A DNA stretch of 63,897 nucleotides, filler included, from Vermamoeba vermiformis (Eukaryota): assembly GCA_045837725.1 (NCBI GenBank). It is 4 parts of 4 records of this genome, joined end to end, with 100 filler letters (N's around TTAATTAATTAA, not from the genome) between each part and the next. Parts side by side here need not be neighbours in the genome. Positions count along the whole stretch, not along the records: positions 4,783 to 36,581 come from JBEWZL010000153.1; 3 more parts are not named here. One strand, 5' to 3'. The first letter of the stretch is position 1, and every line of letters begins with the position of its first letter. Of this stretch, positions 12,971-26,699 are shown one piece after another. Below the pieces are notes generated by a model. It was not told the DNA's origin. It searched no databases and saw only the letters and a program-made list of their open reading frames with translations. The translations under genes were made by a program, and so were the position numbers.

Positions 12971-15900
12971 TCAAAACACGACATCGACCTGATCGATCAT
13001 GCTCTGCACCGCGGCGACCAGTTTGTGCACACTGAGCGTGATCTCGATCGACTGTTCACCCTGCGGCCAGGACAGCGAGGGCGCGAGACAGATCGCGAGA
13101 TTGCTGCTCGTCATCTGATTGGTCGCCGAGTCACGTGCCACTGCCTGCAACAGCTTGAACACGTAGTGCAGGATGGCGCGATTGGCTGGCGGCAGTGATT
13201 GCAGCGCAATTTTGAGATCACGTGACTTGTGCGCGAGATCTTTGAGCTCACCAATCAGCACCAGCTTGTCGTACAGCGCGAAGGTCATGATTGGCTGCGG
13301 TTGCGTGCGGAAAAATGTCTTGAGCATGTTGGACACTGCGTGCACGCTGTACTTGGTCAAATCGACATCGGCCTGTTCACCTTGTTTCACTGAAACACAC
13401 ATGTCAATACAGCTGTCACAGGTCAAAAAGCGTCACGTGACTCACCGCGCTTGAATTCACTCTTCAGGGCCTCGAGTTCGCTGCCTGCTGCGGAAATGCG
13501 GAACAATCCCTCCGTGTCGATGTCTGCGTGCGAGTGAGCATTGTACTTGCCTAATTTAGTAATAAACAAACTTACTCTTGCGCAAGTGTTCGACGCACTT
13601 GTACACCAAATAAGGCACGCCAGCGGTGGCAGCTAAATGTGGCGCCTCTTCGTCCATCATGTCTTGCACTGAGAGTCCCAACACTGCTGCTGTCAGTATG
13701 CCACTGCCATATATGGAAAGTGCGCGTACATACCCATGGTCTTTTTCTTGAGTGGCGTGGACAGGTCACGTGTCAGCTCGACGAATTTGTTCCGATCAGT
13801 CGCGCGCTCAAATGCCACCACTAATTTGGTCTTTTTGAACGACAATTCGACCAGGGGCTCAGCAGGGTCTGGCGTCAAGGTCAGTTCATTCAACGGTATC
13901 ACGTGCTTGACGTAAAATTTCTTCTGTTTCAGTGAACCGTATAGACAGAGGTCAGTGAACAAATAGAGAGATTTTCCGCTCTTCTTTGACGACTTGTCCA
14001 CCGCGGACACTTCACCTTGCCACTCCAACTCGCGCTTGCCATTCCACAGCTGTGCACGTGATTAGCTTGAGTGACTTGCCATATTTGGAATATAGTCGTA
14101 CCTCAAAGCTGTCTCGTTCAAAAGTGAAATTTCGCTGCAATTCCATCATCTGCGCGCGCTCTTGTGAATGCAACACCGAGTCGTGAATGAACTCGCCTGT
14201 TAATGAATGGTGTTCATGAATAACGTGTCACAAGGCAGGGAGGTGTCACTCACTGGTCTCCGTCATCACCGTCAGTGCTTTGGTCAGCTCTTCGCTCGTG
14301 CTCTTGCCGCGCTTCTTGGACTCAATGCGCTCCAATTCTTCGAGCTTCAGACGGTACATGGTGATGTGATTCAACGGACACGTCAGCAGTGTCACTGTGC
14401 CACCAAGTGTCAGTTCAGTGTCGTTCACTGAAATCACCTCACGTACCGAGCGGCAGTTCAGGAATGCGTGACTCACGCTGCAGCTGTTCGAGTTCTTGCT
14501 GATGCGCCGTGCTCTCTGCTGTCACGCGCGACAGTGTCATGTTGCTCCACACAAAGTTGTTCACGTAACGGCCGTACACTTTCATCTTGGGCGCCATTTT
14601 TAGAAACAACTGACCCACATGTGCTGTCTCGACTGTCAGCTCTGACAGCACGCGTTCTATTTCTGACTTCATTTCTTTGTGCACTTCCGCAATTTCCTTT
14701 TTTAGAAAATCAGTTACGTCGTCCGATCGATCTCAACGCTTACTGTAATGTTCGCGAAGATTGTTTCGAGATCCGCGGAAGATATTCCGCTCTTTCTTAA
14801 AAAGGGAATCATACGCGAGCCCGACGCACCTTTGAGCGGATTCATGTAGTCCTATTCGATCGATCGATTAGTCCTAGGACTGCCAAATTAGGCAATATAC
14901 CTGAATGATCGTTTCTAATTTTAGCCAATAACCGCGCTCTTCATTCAACAAACTCTTGACCAGCTCATGACGCTCGCGATTGATTGGGTCAGTTTTCACA
15001 TTCACTGAAACAAACAACAATCAGACCAATCACGTGACAGCAATGCGTGACGTACAATACTGACTGCGCGCGAGATAGGTGCGACAGCAGGCCTGAATGC
15101 GCACGGCACTCAACACGGTCTTGTGCTCTTGTTTGTACTCGGCGCACTTGGCTTCGATTTTGTCCTAATTAGGCAAGTCAGTCCATGTCCGTGCTCGCCC
15201 TCCGACTTACAATCACGTGCAGCGAGTGCAGGGTGGGCGGACCGACCGCGAGACTGCTTTTGGCGCGCAATGATTTGAGCAGCTCTGTTTGCCGCTGTTC
15301 GTCCAGACCCATCAGCTCGAACACATCGCGCACTAGTTGCCTAATTTGGAAGTCAGTATACCCTAGATGCAGTGATGGCATCGACTTGCCAGCAGAATGT
15401 CACGTGATCACTCTCGCGCACGGGAGGTTTGCTGCCCTTGTGCCGCGGCGACTGCTCCTCCGACACACTGACACTGCCCGATTTGGACTTGGTGGCACCC
15501 GTGAACTCGGCGCTCTTAGATGTTCCGCCCGCTGCGCTGTCAAAGGACAACTTCCCGATATGGTTCGTGATTTCAATGCGCTTGTTGACAGCTGCTGGCA
15601 CAGGTTTGAGTGGCACTTTGTGGTCAGTGTCTGACTTGGGTGTGACAGGTGTCACTACGGGTGCGATAGGCACTTTGTGGAACACGTGATCAGTACAAAG
15701 AACTCTGTTTGACATGTGTCACTTACCTCGCGGTTGAGTCGGGGGTGGAGGTGGTGGCAGTTTTTTGGGTACTGGTGGCGCTGGAGTTTTGGGCGGCAAA
15801 GGGGCAGATCTGGGCCCTGACTCGCTCTTGTCGACCTTGAGCATCTTGAATTGTGTTTGCGATGAGGCCTTAGGGACCTCTATTGTAGAGTCATTGGCAG

Positions 15901-16082
15901 TCTTATTGGCTCCATGATCCTTTTCTAGCCTGCGGTAATTGACAATGAAATTTAATAATTATTAATTTTATTAATCCCATTTAAAATGCTCTTTGTCACG
16001 ACCAATATTACCTGTAACAATTTTTACAGTGTGTTTTTCTGTATAATTGAGGATCAAAGTTGTTACAAGGTACGCTGCTCAT
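12971..16082 (-). CDS. Rho regulator with N-terminal Cys/His finger, Pro-rich linker, IQ motif, DH (RhoGEF), PH and RhoGAP domains
   Basis: MSSVPCNNFDPQLYRKTHCKNCYR; IRIQACCRTYLAR (IQ); VGQLFLKMAPKMKVYGRYVNNF and LLTCPLNHITMYRLKL (DH); LYLFTDLCLY (PH); EGLFRISA, SVHAVSNMLKTFFRTQPQP, NQMTSSNLAICLAPSL (RhoGAP). Confidence 0.85.
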
Positions 16083-16398
16083 GTCTGGCAAGCGCTCCTG
16101 CGATATTTAAATAATGCCGCTATAATAGCAAATAATTGGTATAGTGATGTTTCTTTAATACTGCTGATAGAAATTAAATTAATTGATGATCAATCATGAT
16201 TGCCTCAATATTTTGACGCATGTCATCAATCAAAGTCACGTGCGCAATCTTATCGATAATTGCAACAGATACTGTGCCCGAGTGATTCACAGCGCAAATA
16301 GGCTACTCTTCATGATTCGCAAGTTCGAGTATATTTGCAAGTGTTTTATTTTCAAGTACTGTACAACGATCACGGGACACCAAACACAGTCGGTTAAG

Positions 16399-19300
16399 TT
16401 AATTCGACTGCACACTCGAGTCACGGATGGGTGCAGTGCTGCTCGTGGCGCCACTGCTGCCCTTCATCTTCTGCAGGGGCTGGAAGAGCGACACTTTCTT
16501 GAACATGACGATGAAGATGACAGCTGCTGGCACCTCGACGAGATAGATGAAGGTCAGTGCGCCCATGAGATTGCGCGCCTGTCTGTCGAAGGAGCTGTAC
16601 AGCAGCGAGGCCGCTTGCGCGAGCAGACAGAGCGTGCACACGGACGACACGACGATCAGACGCATCAAGACACGCTTGCGCTTGGTCATCTGCTCCTCGT
16701 TCTTGGCCTTGGCTTGCGTCATCAGCTGCGCGACTCGGAGGCCGTAGATGACGAACATGGCACTGAGCGCGAGGGCGAGGACTGCAAGCACAATCTTGAA
16801 GATGAGGCCCACCACTGCCGCACTGCTCGCGAGGTCCGCTTGACTGCTGGTGACTGTGTCGCACGACAACACCTTGGGCTGTTCGAGCAGCGCAAAGAAG
16901 GTGGGCACGAGCACAATGTACAGCACCACTAAGAACGCCACCACGGCAATGAGTGCAGGTCTGAGCTTGGTGATGCCCTTCTTGCGGCCCGTGGTCATGG
17001 TGAAGTGATAGATCTCGGCCCAGCGGAACACGATCATCGAGTAGATGGCGAAGAAGAACAGCGTCGGCAGCTCTGAGAACACCACATCGATCTGCGTCGC
17101 ATTGGCCAGCACACCCGACACGAGCAGGATCAGGTACAGGATGCGATCTGTGGTGGCAATGTGAGGTCAGTGCGGTAAGATGAGCTATATTTAGCACGTA
17201 CCGAGCAACAGGAGCGCGAGAATCAAGAGTGCAATCTTGCTGATGTTCCAGAACGCTGCTTGACACGGCGTGAAGGGAATTTCCGCTTGCGTGACGTGCA
17301 CGATCATGTGGTACACGTTGAGTGCCATCACGGCTAAATATAGCACCAGTCCGAAGAAGATGTAGAACACTTCGTAGGCAAAGAAGGTGCTGATGTACTG
17401 CGCGGTCTGAAAGTCTTGCTGCAGGCCTACAGGGAAGAGGATGACGGGCGTGTCAGTGACGGGCACGCAGTAGAGCTGATCGCGCTGCTGCAACTGCCAA
17501 TTGAGTCCGAGCAGCGTGAAGTCCGTGATGAGTCCCGTGTCATTGGCTATCACTGGCACTGCCCAATCGAGCAGCTGAATGGGCAGCGCGGAGTTGAGGT
17601 CAGTCGGGAAGATGAAGCACGCTGAGAGTCCGCCGCTGACAGGTGTCGAGGCTGTCACTCGCACGCCATCGCCCAACACCTCACCCACCGCCACACCCGC
17701 GCTGTTCTTGATGAAGCGCACCTGCTGGAAGAGTGCGGACTGCGTGCTGGCGAGGGACACGGAGCCGAAGGGCAACACGTTCTGTGCTGAGAGCTGCGAC
17801 TCGGCCACCACACTCACCGACACGGAGAAACATCCGATGGTGGCACTCACCGTGCTGCTGCTGTTCACAATCACCGTGCTCAGCGCGACAGTGGCTGCGA
17901 CGCCTGTGCAGAACACGGGCGAGGACACGACGGGTGCGAGGAGTGAGCCCTGGTAACAGGTGCCACGGCCACTGCTCGTCGCAGCACAGTCGCAGGTGAT
18001 CTGTTCGATGGCAGGCACGACACGGCCGAAGCGACACTGCAGTTCACTCTGCGCAATATTGGCCACTCTGCGCGCCAGACTGCGCTGCAAGACCACCTTC
18101 GTGTCGGGGATGTTGGCGATGCTGGTCCACGCATTGGCGCGCTGAAAGGCACGTGACTTCCATTCAAAGCCCGTCCAGCGACTCTGCACCCACCGACCAC
18201 CGTTCCATTCGTAGTACGATGTCATATTGCCACCACACTCGGCACATTGTTCCGCTGTCTTGAAGCTCCAGCCCCAGGGCAGCTGATTGGCAGCACGTGG
18301 TATTTGATTGAACAGACCAATGGGCTCGGGCTCTTGACACAGCACAGCCTTGCTCAGACACGTGCTGCGATTGGTGGCAGCTGGCAACCACTGTCCGCCA
18401 CTGGCCGCACACTGCGTCTGATCCAATTCTCCGCGCAGACAGCCGAGTGGTGTCCACACCTCACCAGGCTCGCACGCGTACTGTGAACTCGCGCTCGGAG
18501 TGAAGGACAGCACACAGCCCACGTCATCATTGCACGTGCCACTCTCCTCGCACTGCTGTTCGGTGGCACAGCTGCCGCACCCCTCACACGTGCTCGTGCT
18601 CGTGCAGCTCGCCTCAGTGCTCAGACCACTCAGACTGCGCTCAAAGTTGCACACGCCCAGTGTCGTGCACTCTGGCGCTGAGGTCAGCAGGCCATCGTGC
18701 CACGTGACACCTGTCAATCGCGCGTCAGTGTGATCGTCACGTGCTCGCCTCTACGTACCAGTCCACCACAGGCCCGCGCCACTCGTCTCGCTCGTGCAGC
18801 TCACTTCATCGGTGGCACTGGGCACGCGACAGTTGCCATAATTAGTGCTGTCACGTGACCAACTCGTCCACTGCACCACGTGACTGCCCACTGAGCCCGT
18901 ACAGGCTGCCTGCGTTGCTGTCGTGTAGCAGTAGCCGGAACAACTCTGGTGGCACTCTGTCAGTACAATGCAGTGCTATAAATAGACTCAATACGTACCG
19001 AAGTGCTGTTGCAGAACTGCGGAGTCAGACACGTGGCAGCTGTGGTGGCATTGCGCAGACAAGATGCATCGCGGAACAATGGATTGTACGATCCACCGAC
19101 AGCTTGACACGTGGTGGCATCAGCAGTCTCGTAGCCATTCGGAGTGCAGTAGGGCGGTATACCGAGCTCCAAGCACTGTCCGCTGAAACACACGCCGCAG
19201 AATTCCGTGCCTATATTTGGATCTTCGCAGTATTGTTCCGCACACGTGCTGTTCTTGAGCGAGTCACACGGTGTCCCTATAAATAGCATCAGTCCTCCGC

Positions 19301-21554
19301 AGCCCCCAGCGCGCACTTACAATTGCAGGTGTGTGTGGTGGTGCACGCAGTCTCATTGCTCTCGTAGCCCGAGTTGAGGCCAATGCAGCTGTACTCGGAC
19401 AACTGGCTCTGATACGTCACTGCGATCTGTTCCGTCGAGGCTTGCAGATCCACGCCGAGATCGAGCTTGATGTAGGCCCAGAAGTAGGGGTCCACATTGC
19501 TCTCGAGACACTGAAAGACAGCTGTCAAGATGCGTGTCACGTTGAAGTTGGCAAAGTCGTAGCTCGCAAACACCATGCAGAACCCGTCTTGACACGTGCC
19601 TGACGCGCACTGCGAGTTGGACACGCACGGCACTCCGCACGTGGCACTGCCCAGACACGTGGAGGCAGCACCGAGCTTGTCTTGGCAGTGTTTGCTATAA
19701 ATAGGCGCGGTCAGCACGGATGGCGCGGAACAACAGACGCATCGTACTTATCCGAGCACGTGATCGGAAACAGCGAGTCGAGACAGGGCCGCACGAGGTC
19801 CAAGCCACTCGAGGTCTTTTGCAGCTGTTGCACGGTGAGTTGCGAGCACGTGATGCGCTGCAGGGGCGAGGCAATGGCCTGCACAATGTAGTCTGAGAGC
19901 TGGGTCTGCGGGGCTGTGATTAGTCACGTGCTCGTCTGCACCAACAATTATTCCGCACCTTGGTACACTCGGGCGCAGCGCACATGTTCGCGACTTGATC
20001 GGCATTCACCTCGAATGCGCGCACGGTGGCACTGAGATCACGTGATGCGCAGCACTCGCGCTCTTGCACCAGTGGATTGCAGCACGGATCAGTCGCGTAG
20101 CCGTTGGAGGTCTCGTTCAGCGCCAGACACGCCGTGGTTTCACTGAACGCACGTGTCTCTTCGAACTGGTGCAGCAGCGTGCCTTCAATCATGTGCGTGC
20201 AGCCTTGCCATTCGTCCGTGGTCACGTGGCCGAATGCCTAGCGGAGATGTCAGCGAGATTTCCAGTCACGTGACAGGTGCCACTTACCTCGAGCAGTGCC
20301 GCGACAGTGGTGCCAACCGTGCTGCCGTTGAAGTTGGCCAAGTGATTCAGCGCGGTCTCAAAGTTGATGCGCTGTGTTCTGAACGCGTCGTAGTCGCAGC
20401 TCAGCGTGTGCAGCGTGGGGCGTTGCGGCGTGAGGAACTGCTCGCCCTGATTGTTGACTATGTTCGGCACGTAGAAGCCACAGGTCGCATCGGCGTAGAT
20501 AGACTGCGGCACGGGAAAGGTCGTGGTGCTGGTAGCGGCGCCAGTGTAGAGCGAGTAGGAGTGGTACAAGCCGATGGAGAACTGGCGCGTGTTGTTGCCG
20601 ATGTCTGCGAGCAAGCTGCGGACTCATTAATAGGGGCACAGGACACACTAGGAGCTATTCGTACCCGATGGACGTCACCAGATTGCTCAGCGGATCGTCA
20701 GCTGGGGGCAATGATACGCAGGCCTCTTGCAAGCAGCGCAATGAACTGAGATAGTAGCCATTCGCACACTGCACCTCGACACTCGCTGCAAGTAGGATAT
20801 TAGCAAGCGCGTTAGTAAGGTTCATTCCACGCAGTGCTCGTGTGCGCAGTATGAGTACTTACTCAAGAAATACCACTCCGCGAGGGGAAGCAGATGTCCC
20901 ACTAATAATAGGGTGTGGTGGTCAATAGAGAGTTGGAATATATATTATGATTCAAAATCAGTGCGACGTACCCACCAGACTCAGCCGAGCTTGCACAGGT
21001 GTACGAGGCTCGTGTTCCAAATAGACGATGCCATTCCAGGACGGATTGTCGCGTCTGATCTGTTCGCAGCACAGCGACACACCTTCAGAGCCCAATCTGT
21101 TCGTTGTGTATTCGCCGCCATTCTCGCGTGTTGATACGTGTAGCCAAGACTCGCCACGAATACTGTGCAGTAGTATATTGACGGAGTGGCATCGATCGGA
21201 ATTGCTGACATTGAGCACGAAGTACTCAGAATCCTCGAGCGGATTTGTTTCGATCACTGCACTACCATCGATGCAAGGTCTGGCTTCTGTCCAAGACAAG
21301 CATCCAGTAGCTGCTACATTAGGCACAGGACAGCAAGGAGTGAATGTGGTCGTTTCTCCTGCTGAGCACGAGACATTTACGAAGACATCTTGATCGAACC
21401 GAGCAGTTAATACCGTCAGTTCAGATTGCAGGTCAATCATCTCTAATTTCTTGTAGGTATATTCGAGACTAGTTAATTGCGGTGCTGCTCCTTGAACTGT
21501 CAGTAGCATGACGGCCGCTATAAATATTTGACAGATCCAGCGATTGCCCGTCAT
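16399..21554 (-). CDS. Large Cys-rich ectodomain multi-pass (7TM-like, THH1/TOM1-type) membrane receptor, multi-exon
   Basis: Signal peptide at 21554; >1000 aa of Cys-rich exons; TM block with DVVFSELPTLFFFAIYSMIVFRWAEIYH and further hydrophobic helices. Confidence 0.78.
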
Positions 21555-21848
21555 GGTTGACTTTAATAACTAACGGACCCTATTATGGCCCTCAGTGTGC
21601 AAATATAAATAAAATAAATTGTTGGCTGTGCACAAATCAGCAATTTCGAGCTCAGAATCATAGACCAACCGCAATGTGTGAAATTTTTGACATGTCATTC
21701 AACCTGTCAATCGGAGGGTGGATGTGGTGATGGACGCATCGATCGACTGCATAAATTCAACGCACAGTGCGAGGTAGAGTGTTACAAAGTCGTTTTTACT
21801 GACTCTGCGCGGCTATTAATACAATACCCCAGTGGTTGGTGGGCTGGG

Positions 21849-24313
21849 CTAACTGTTCGCGTGGTCGCTAGTGCTGCTGTTGAGCGCGGTGTTGGGACTA
21901 TTCACAGGGACACTAGGACTCGTGTGGCTATGTACATCGGTGAGGGAGGCACGAGGTGTGCTCAGTCGCGCGGGCACGACAAACGCAGATCTGCGCGGCG
22001 AGGGAATGACCGCGTTGTTGGTGAGTGACGCGAGCGAGTGGTGCGTGGTGAGACTGTTATGTACATGCGGCACTGCACTCTGCTCGCTCGCTGGGTCCAT
22101 GCGCTGCGTGCTCGAAAAGTACGGCGTGCTCATCGTGAATTTGATGCGCGGTGACTGCTCCGGTGTGGTCAGAGGTTGAGTCTGACTCACTGGCACGCTG
22201 CTCACGGGCACGGGTACGGGCTGCGGGACATTCATCACGTGCTCGGGCTCGACAGGCTTGACGTGAAATTTCGGCAAGGAGCGCGAGGTTTTGTACATCT
22301 GCCGCATGGCCGAAGTGCCCGTTGCAAATGTGCGGCGATCAGTGTGCAGGAAGAAATTTCCCTGCGACACACTCGCTTCACGGTGTTCATGAATCGAGGC
22401 GAGATTGACACGCAGTTGAGGACGCGTGCCAGGTGCCACCGAGCTGTCATTGGTGTTCGTGCTGGTGTTGACATTCAGTGAACTCTGCGAGGGTTCGCTA
22501 CTCAATTTGGGACGTGATCTCGTGAGCAGGAGATTGCTCTTGCTGGCACGTGGCGGTGCACGTGACATGTTGACAGTCGGCGCGCGGTCCAACTCCTCGT
22601 ACTCGTCGTCGCTGGTGCTGGGACTGATGGGCGAGTCCGGATTGGACATCATGTCACCGCACAGCATGGCTATCGGATCTGGCGCTGGACACTGCGCAGT
22701 GGTGAGTGCATGCACTGGTTTGAACTCGCAATCACGTGACTACATACCCGCTCCTCGTCGTTGAGTGCATTGTGCGCAGCGTGCTCGTGATGCTCGGCGC
22801 TGTGTCCGACAGTGAACCGCGTGATCTCAATCTCGTCCTGATCGTCGTCGTCCAGGTGCAGCGTGGACATGAGCTGTTGCGTGTGGCGCAGAATGGGCTC
22901 AATGTGCTTGCTGTACAGACTCGCGTGCGACACCTCGTGCTTGCTGCTCTGTGCCGCACTCTCGTCGAGTTCCCACAGCGTGCGTTCATGATCCGAGTCA
23001 CTGCTGCCGTAGTGCGACCCTGAACTCGATTTGTCGTCATCTAAATCACGTGATTTCCTTTTTTGGACTTGTTGTGTGGCGTGGCGTGTCTTCCTCTTTG
23101 CCTTATTAGTCACGCGAATCAGGCGGGGCTGTGCGGCGAGGGAGATGGGATCTGCCAAGTTGACGCCGTCATCGAGACCCTGTCCAGTGCGCGCATCAGT
23201 CACGTGCTCGTCCTCTTCGGTGTGCACGTCACAACCAGGGTCAGTCATGCGTCTAAATTTAGACACGCCCATCTGTCGCGGTGCTGATTGGTGTCTGCGA
23301 TGCGTGACTGCGAGCACACCGCTGGACTGCGTGCGACGTACTTTGATGATGGTGACGTTGTCCAACACCTCTTCGCTGCTGTCGCTGCTCTCTGCGCTCT
23401 CGGGCTGACTTGTCTCGCGGGACAGCTGCGCACTGCTGTTCCACTTCTTGCTGGATTCGTTTAACATGGGAGGTATGGGGACCTGTAGTTACGTGTTAGC
23501 TCTTAGACATCGCAGAACACTGACAAAGTCACATTCAGTGAATTACTATAATCTTTGCAATAATTTCAAAAACAATCTCCCGTTAATCTCGAGCATATCC
23601 TGCACACAATCTCACCGCCAATCAAACTCGGGTGATCATCCTATACTACTAATATTATGCCGCTTACTTTTTCATTGCTGCGCACTCGTTTGTGTTTGTT
23701 TCGCTGCATCGCTAGCTTTTTCTGTTGTGCAGCCCAATTCGGCTGATCAAATCCAGTTTCGTCGAGCTGATTGGGGTCTGATTTTGATGATTTTAATTGG
23801 TTGTTATTCATAGTCCCTACTGATGCTCCTTGTTCAACCAGATGTGGGTTTGACACCGCTTTTCGAACTATCAATAACTGCCACTCGTAATCCTCCTATG
23901 CGATTACTTGTTAATGCAAGCGCTTATTTCAATAATTGGTGCAGTATTAGTAATAATTACCTTGCTATTGGACGTCATTGACGGTGATTTGATTTGATCT
24001 AATAAAAATACAATAATTGTTAATTCAAATAAATCACAGTTATAATGTTAATAATGATGCTCCATGCACGATTATAACGTGTCGTAATATTATAATCGTA
24101 GTGGCATGTAATGACGCTAATAATTGGTTTAAAGTTCCAATTAACGTCAAGTGGCTGCATCCACCTCAAGGTACCTTTACTATGCTGACTATGATATCCC
24201 TGCTCTGCACTGCGCGGGGACACTTCTTCAAAGCTGATCTGTTCCAATACAGTCTTAACGTTTTCGTGATCGTCTGAATGGGCTCGGGGCTGTTTGCGCT
24301 CTCGGTGCGACAT
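21849..24313 (-). CDS. Hypothetical Ser/His-rich low-complexity protein, multi-exon (boundaries approximate)
   Basis: Co-oriented ORFs 24020-24313, 23641-23874, 22670-23467 and 21849-22715 separated by short GT-AG gaps; no family motif recognised. Confidence 0.55.
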
Positions 24314-24519
24314 TATACACTGTACATTACTGCGATCGATATGATATATATATATACAACACTAGGCACTGCTTTGGTGCTCGTCGCTCTTTGAAAATTG
24401 ATTTTAAAATTCTTTTTTTCACAGCAACAGATCTGATCGGAGAATTCGAACGAGATTGTTCGCGCAACCGACACGGCCGTGGAGTACCGCGATCACCATC
24501 ATCATCGTGCTATACTCTC

Positions 24520-26580
24520 ATGCAGCACATCGTGAGGTGTGGATCTTAGCCAAGAATTTGTTTTTCAGAACTTCTGAACTTGGCTGAAAAGTGCAGCAGC
24601 GCTCATTATTTTCAAAACATTGACATTCATTGAACAACAATTCAGTACGACACGACACTCATTGGTCGTGCATTGAATCCCCAAAGCAAAGTAATTGATT
24701 GAAGCAGATGTGCTGCGCTATTGCGATCTGATGGGTAACAACTGTCCAGGCTCGAATAACAACTGGTATGTATATTATACTGCACATATTTCCACACGTT
24801 GCTTGTGCCGTACATGGTGGTGTCATTGTAGTTTAAATTCCCTATTATCGGAATACATAATTATAATTATTATTAACCGCGTTATTTACACCCCTAGCAC
24901 TGCGAGTTCAGTGAGTGCAGTGCCCTACACTATCAGCGAGGAACAGCTGCACAAAAACAACGAGACACGCGAGCGATTATTGCGATCAGGCGAGTTCTCG
25001 GGAATTCCGAAAGAAGAGCGCAACATCTGTCGCATGTTGACCAGGTACGTGTCTATTCAATGCAACTAGTGCATACGAGGACATGTTTGCGTGTATTAAC
25101 ACCCTGTCTAGTCGTCAGTGCACGCAGCGCAAGATGATCAGCAGCAGCGACGCGACACGACGGCGGTACGCAGATCCGCTGCAATTGAACATCAGCGAGC
25201 AATTAGTGCCGCGCCAAGGCCCTGAATTGATGGACATACATCCTGCCAAGTGGTAGGTCATTTCCGCTCCGTTGATGAATCGCTTGCTAACCACATCTGT
25301 CTCGCAGCTACACAGGCAAGTTCAGTACGCGCGGCGATGTATATTACACAGCGAGTCAGGACTGGACTATACGTCTATATAAACCACTCACTGCACCCAC
25401 CAATGCACCTTCCGACGCGGATGCGATGCAAGACATTGACGACTCAAACACGCGCTTGGCCCCTTATTTGTCCGTGCGCGGTGAACCAGGACGAGTACGT
25501 AGCAGTCAAACTAGCCTATATATATATGCAGCTACTAATCCGTGGCAGTGGTCCATCACGGACTGTCGCATGGCCAGCAACAACAAGTTCCTGATCTACG
25601 CCTCGCTCAGTCCCGTGCTGCACTTCATTGGACTCGCACTGCACCACGACACGGGCACACCGTTCCGTGACTCGCTCGACTTCAGCAAGGGCTGCGTGTG
25701 GGGCGGATTCAGCTTGCTGTCGCTGCGTCTGAGCGGTGACAATCGCGAGGTGTTGAGCGGTGCGAGCGACGACTGCGTGTACTTGTACGATCTCGAGCGA
25801 CAACTCGTCACCACCAAGCTCAAGGCACACAGCGACGAGGTGAATGCAGTCACCTATCTCTATCCCTGTGCCACCAATCTGCTCGTCACGGGCAGCGACG
25901 ACACGACCATCAAGGTGTGGGACAAGCGCTGTCACGCCACTGCAGCACTCACGCTGCCGGGCCACACGGAGGGCATCACGTGCCTCGCCTCCAAGGGTGA
26001 CGGGCACTATCTGCTGAGCAATGCCAAGGACCAGTCGCTCAAGCTCTGGGACTTGCGCGCGCTGCGTGCTGTGACTGCGCCTGTCAGTGCCCCACAGAGC
26101 ACGTGCTGTCCGAGTGTGTCGACCACGCCTGATCGGTGCATCAAAGAGGTGTGCGGTCTCGTGCTGCAACAGATGGCCAGTGACTTGTGCGTGACACCTG
26201 TCAAGCGCAAATGTGACAGCAACATTGACGACAGGCCCAACAAAGTAGCGCGCACCAAGTGGGACTATCGCATGATGAACTATCCGCACCCCATCGGAGC
26301 TACTTCCGATCCGCGTGATCGATCGGTGACTTCCTGTTATGGACATGCCGTGCTGCGCTCACTGATTCGCTGCGACTTCTCGCCAGTGTTCAGCACGGGC
26401 CAGCGCTATCTCTACACGGGCAGTGCGGACGGTGCGGTGTACATTTACGATCTCGGAGGCAATCTCGTGCAACGCCTGCCCGCCTCTGATGCCGTGGTGC
26501 GCGATGTCAGCTGGCACCCGTACTTGCCTGAATTGTACTGCGTGTCGTTCAACGGTGAAGTGCTGCGATTCAAATTTTGA
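24520..26580 (+). CDS. DCAF11: DCAF11/WDR23/LEC14B-like WD40 protein (start approximate)
   Basis: WQWSITD, AHSDEVNAV, TGSDDTTIKVWDKR, GHTEGIT, SNAKDQSLKLWDLR, WDYR, GHAVLRSLIRCDFSP..STGQRYLYTGSADG, VVRDVSWHP. Confidence 0.88.
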
Positions 26581-26699
26581 TGGCGACTTGTAATATAATA
26601 CTATTTATCCTGATGTGCTATAAATACCCCCCGATGTACATACAACCAACATACGTGTGTGTTTCATGAACCAGTGTTTGACACGTGTCAACATGTCAT

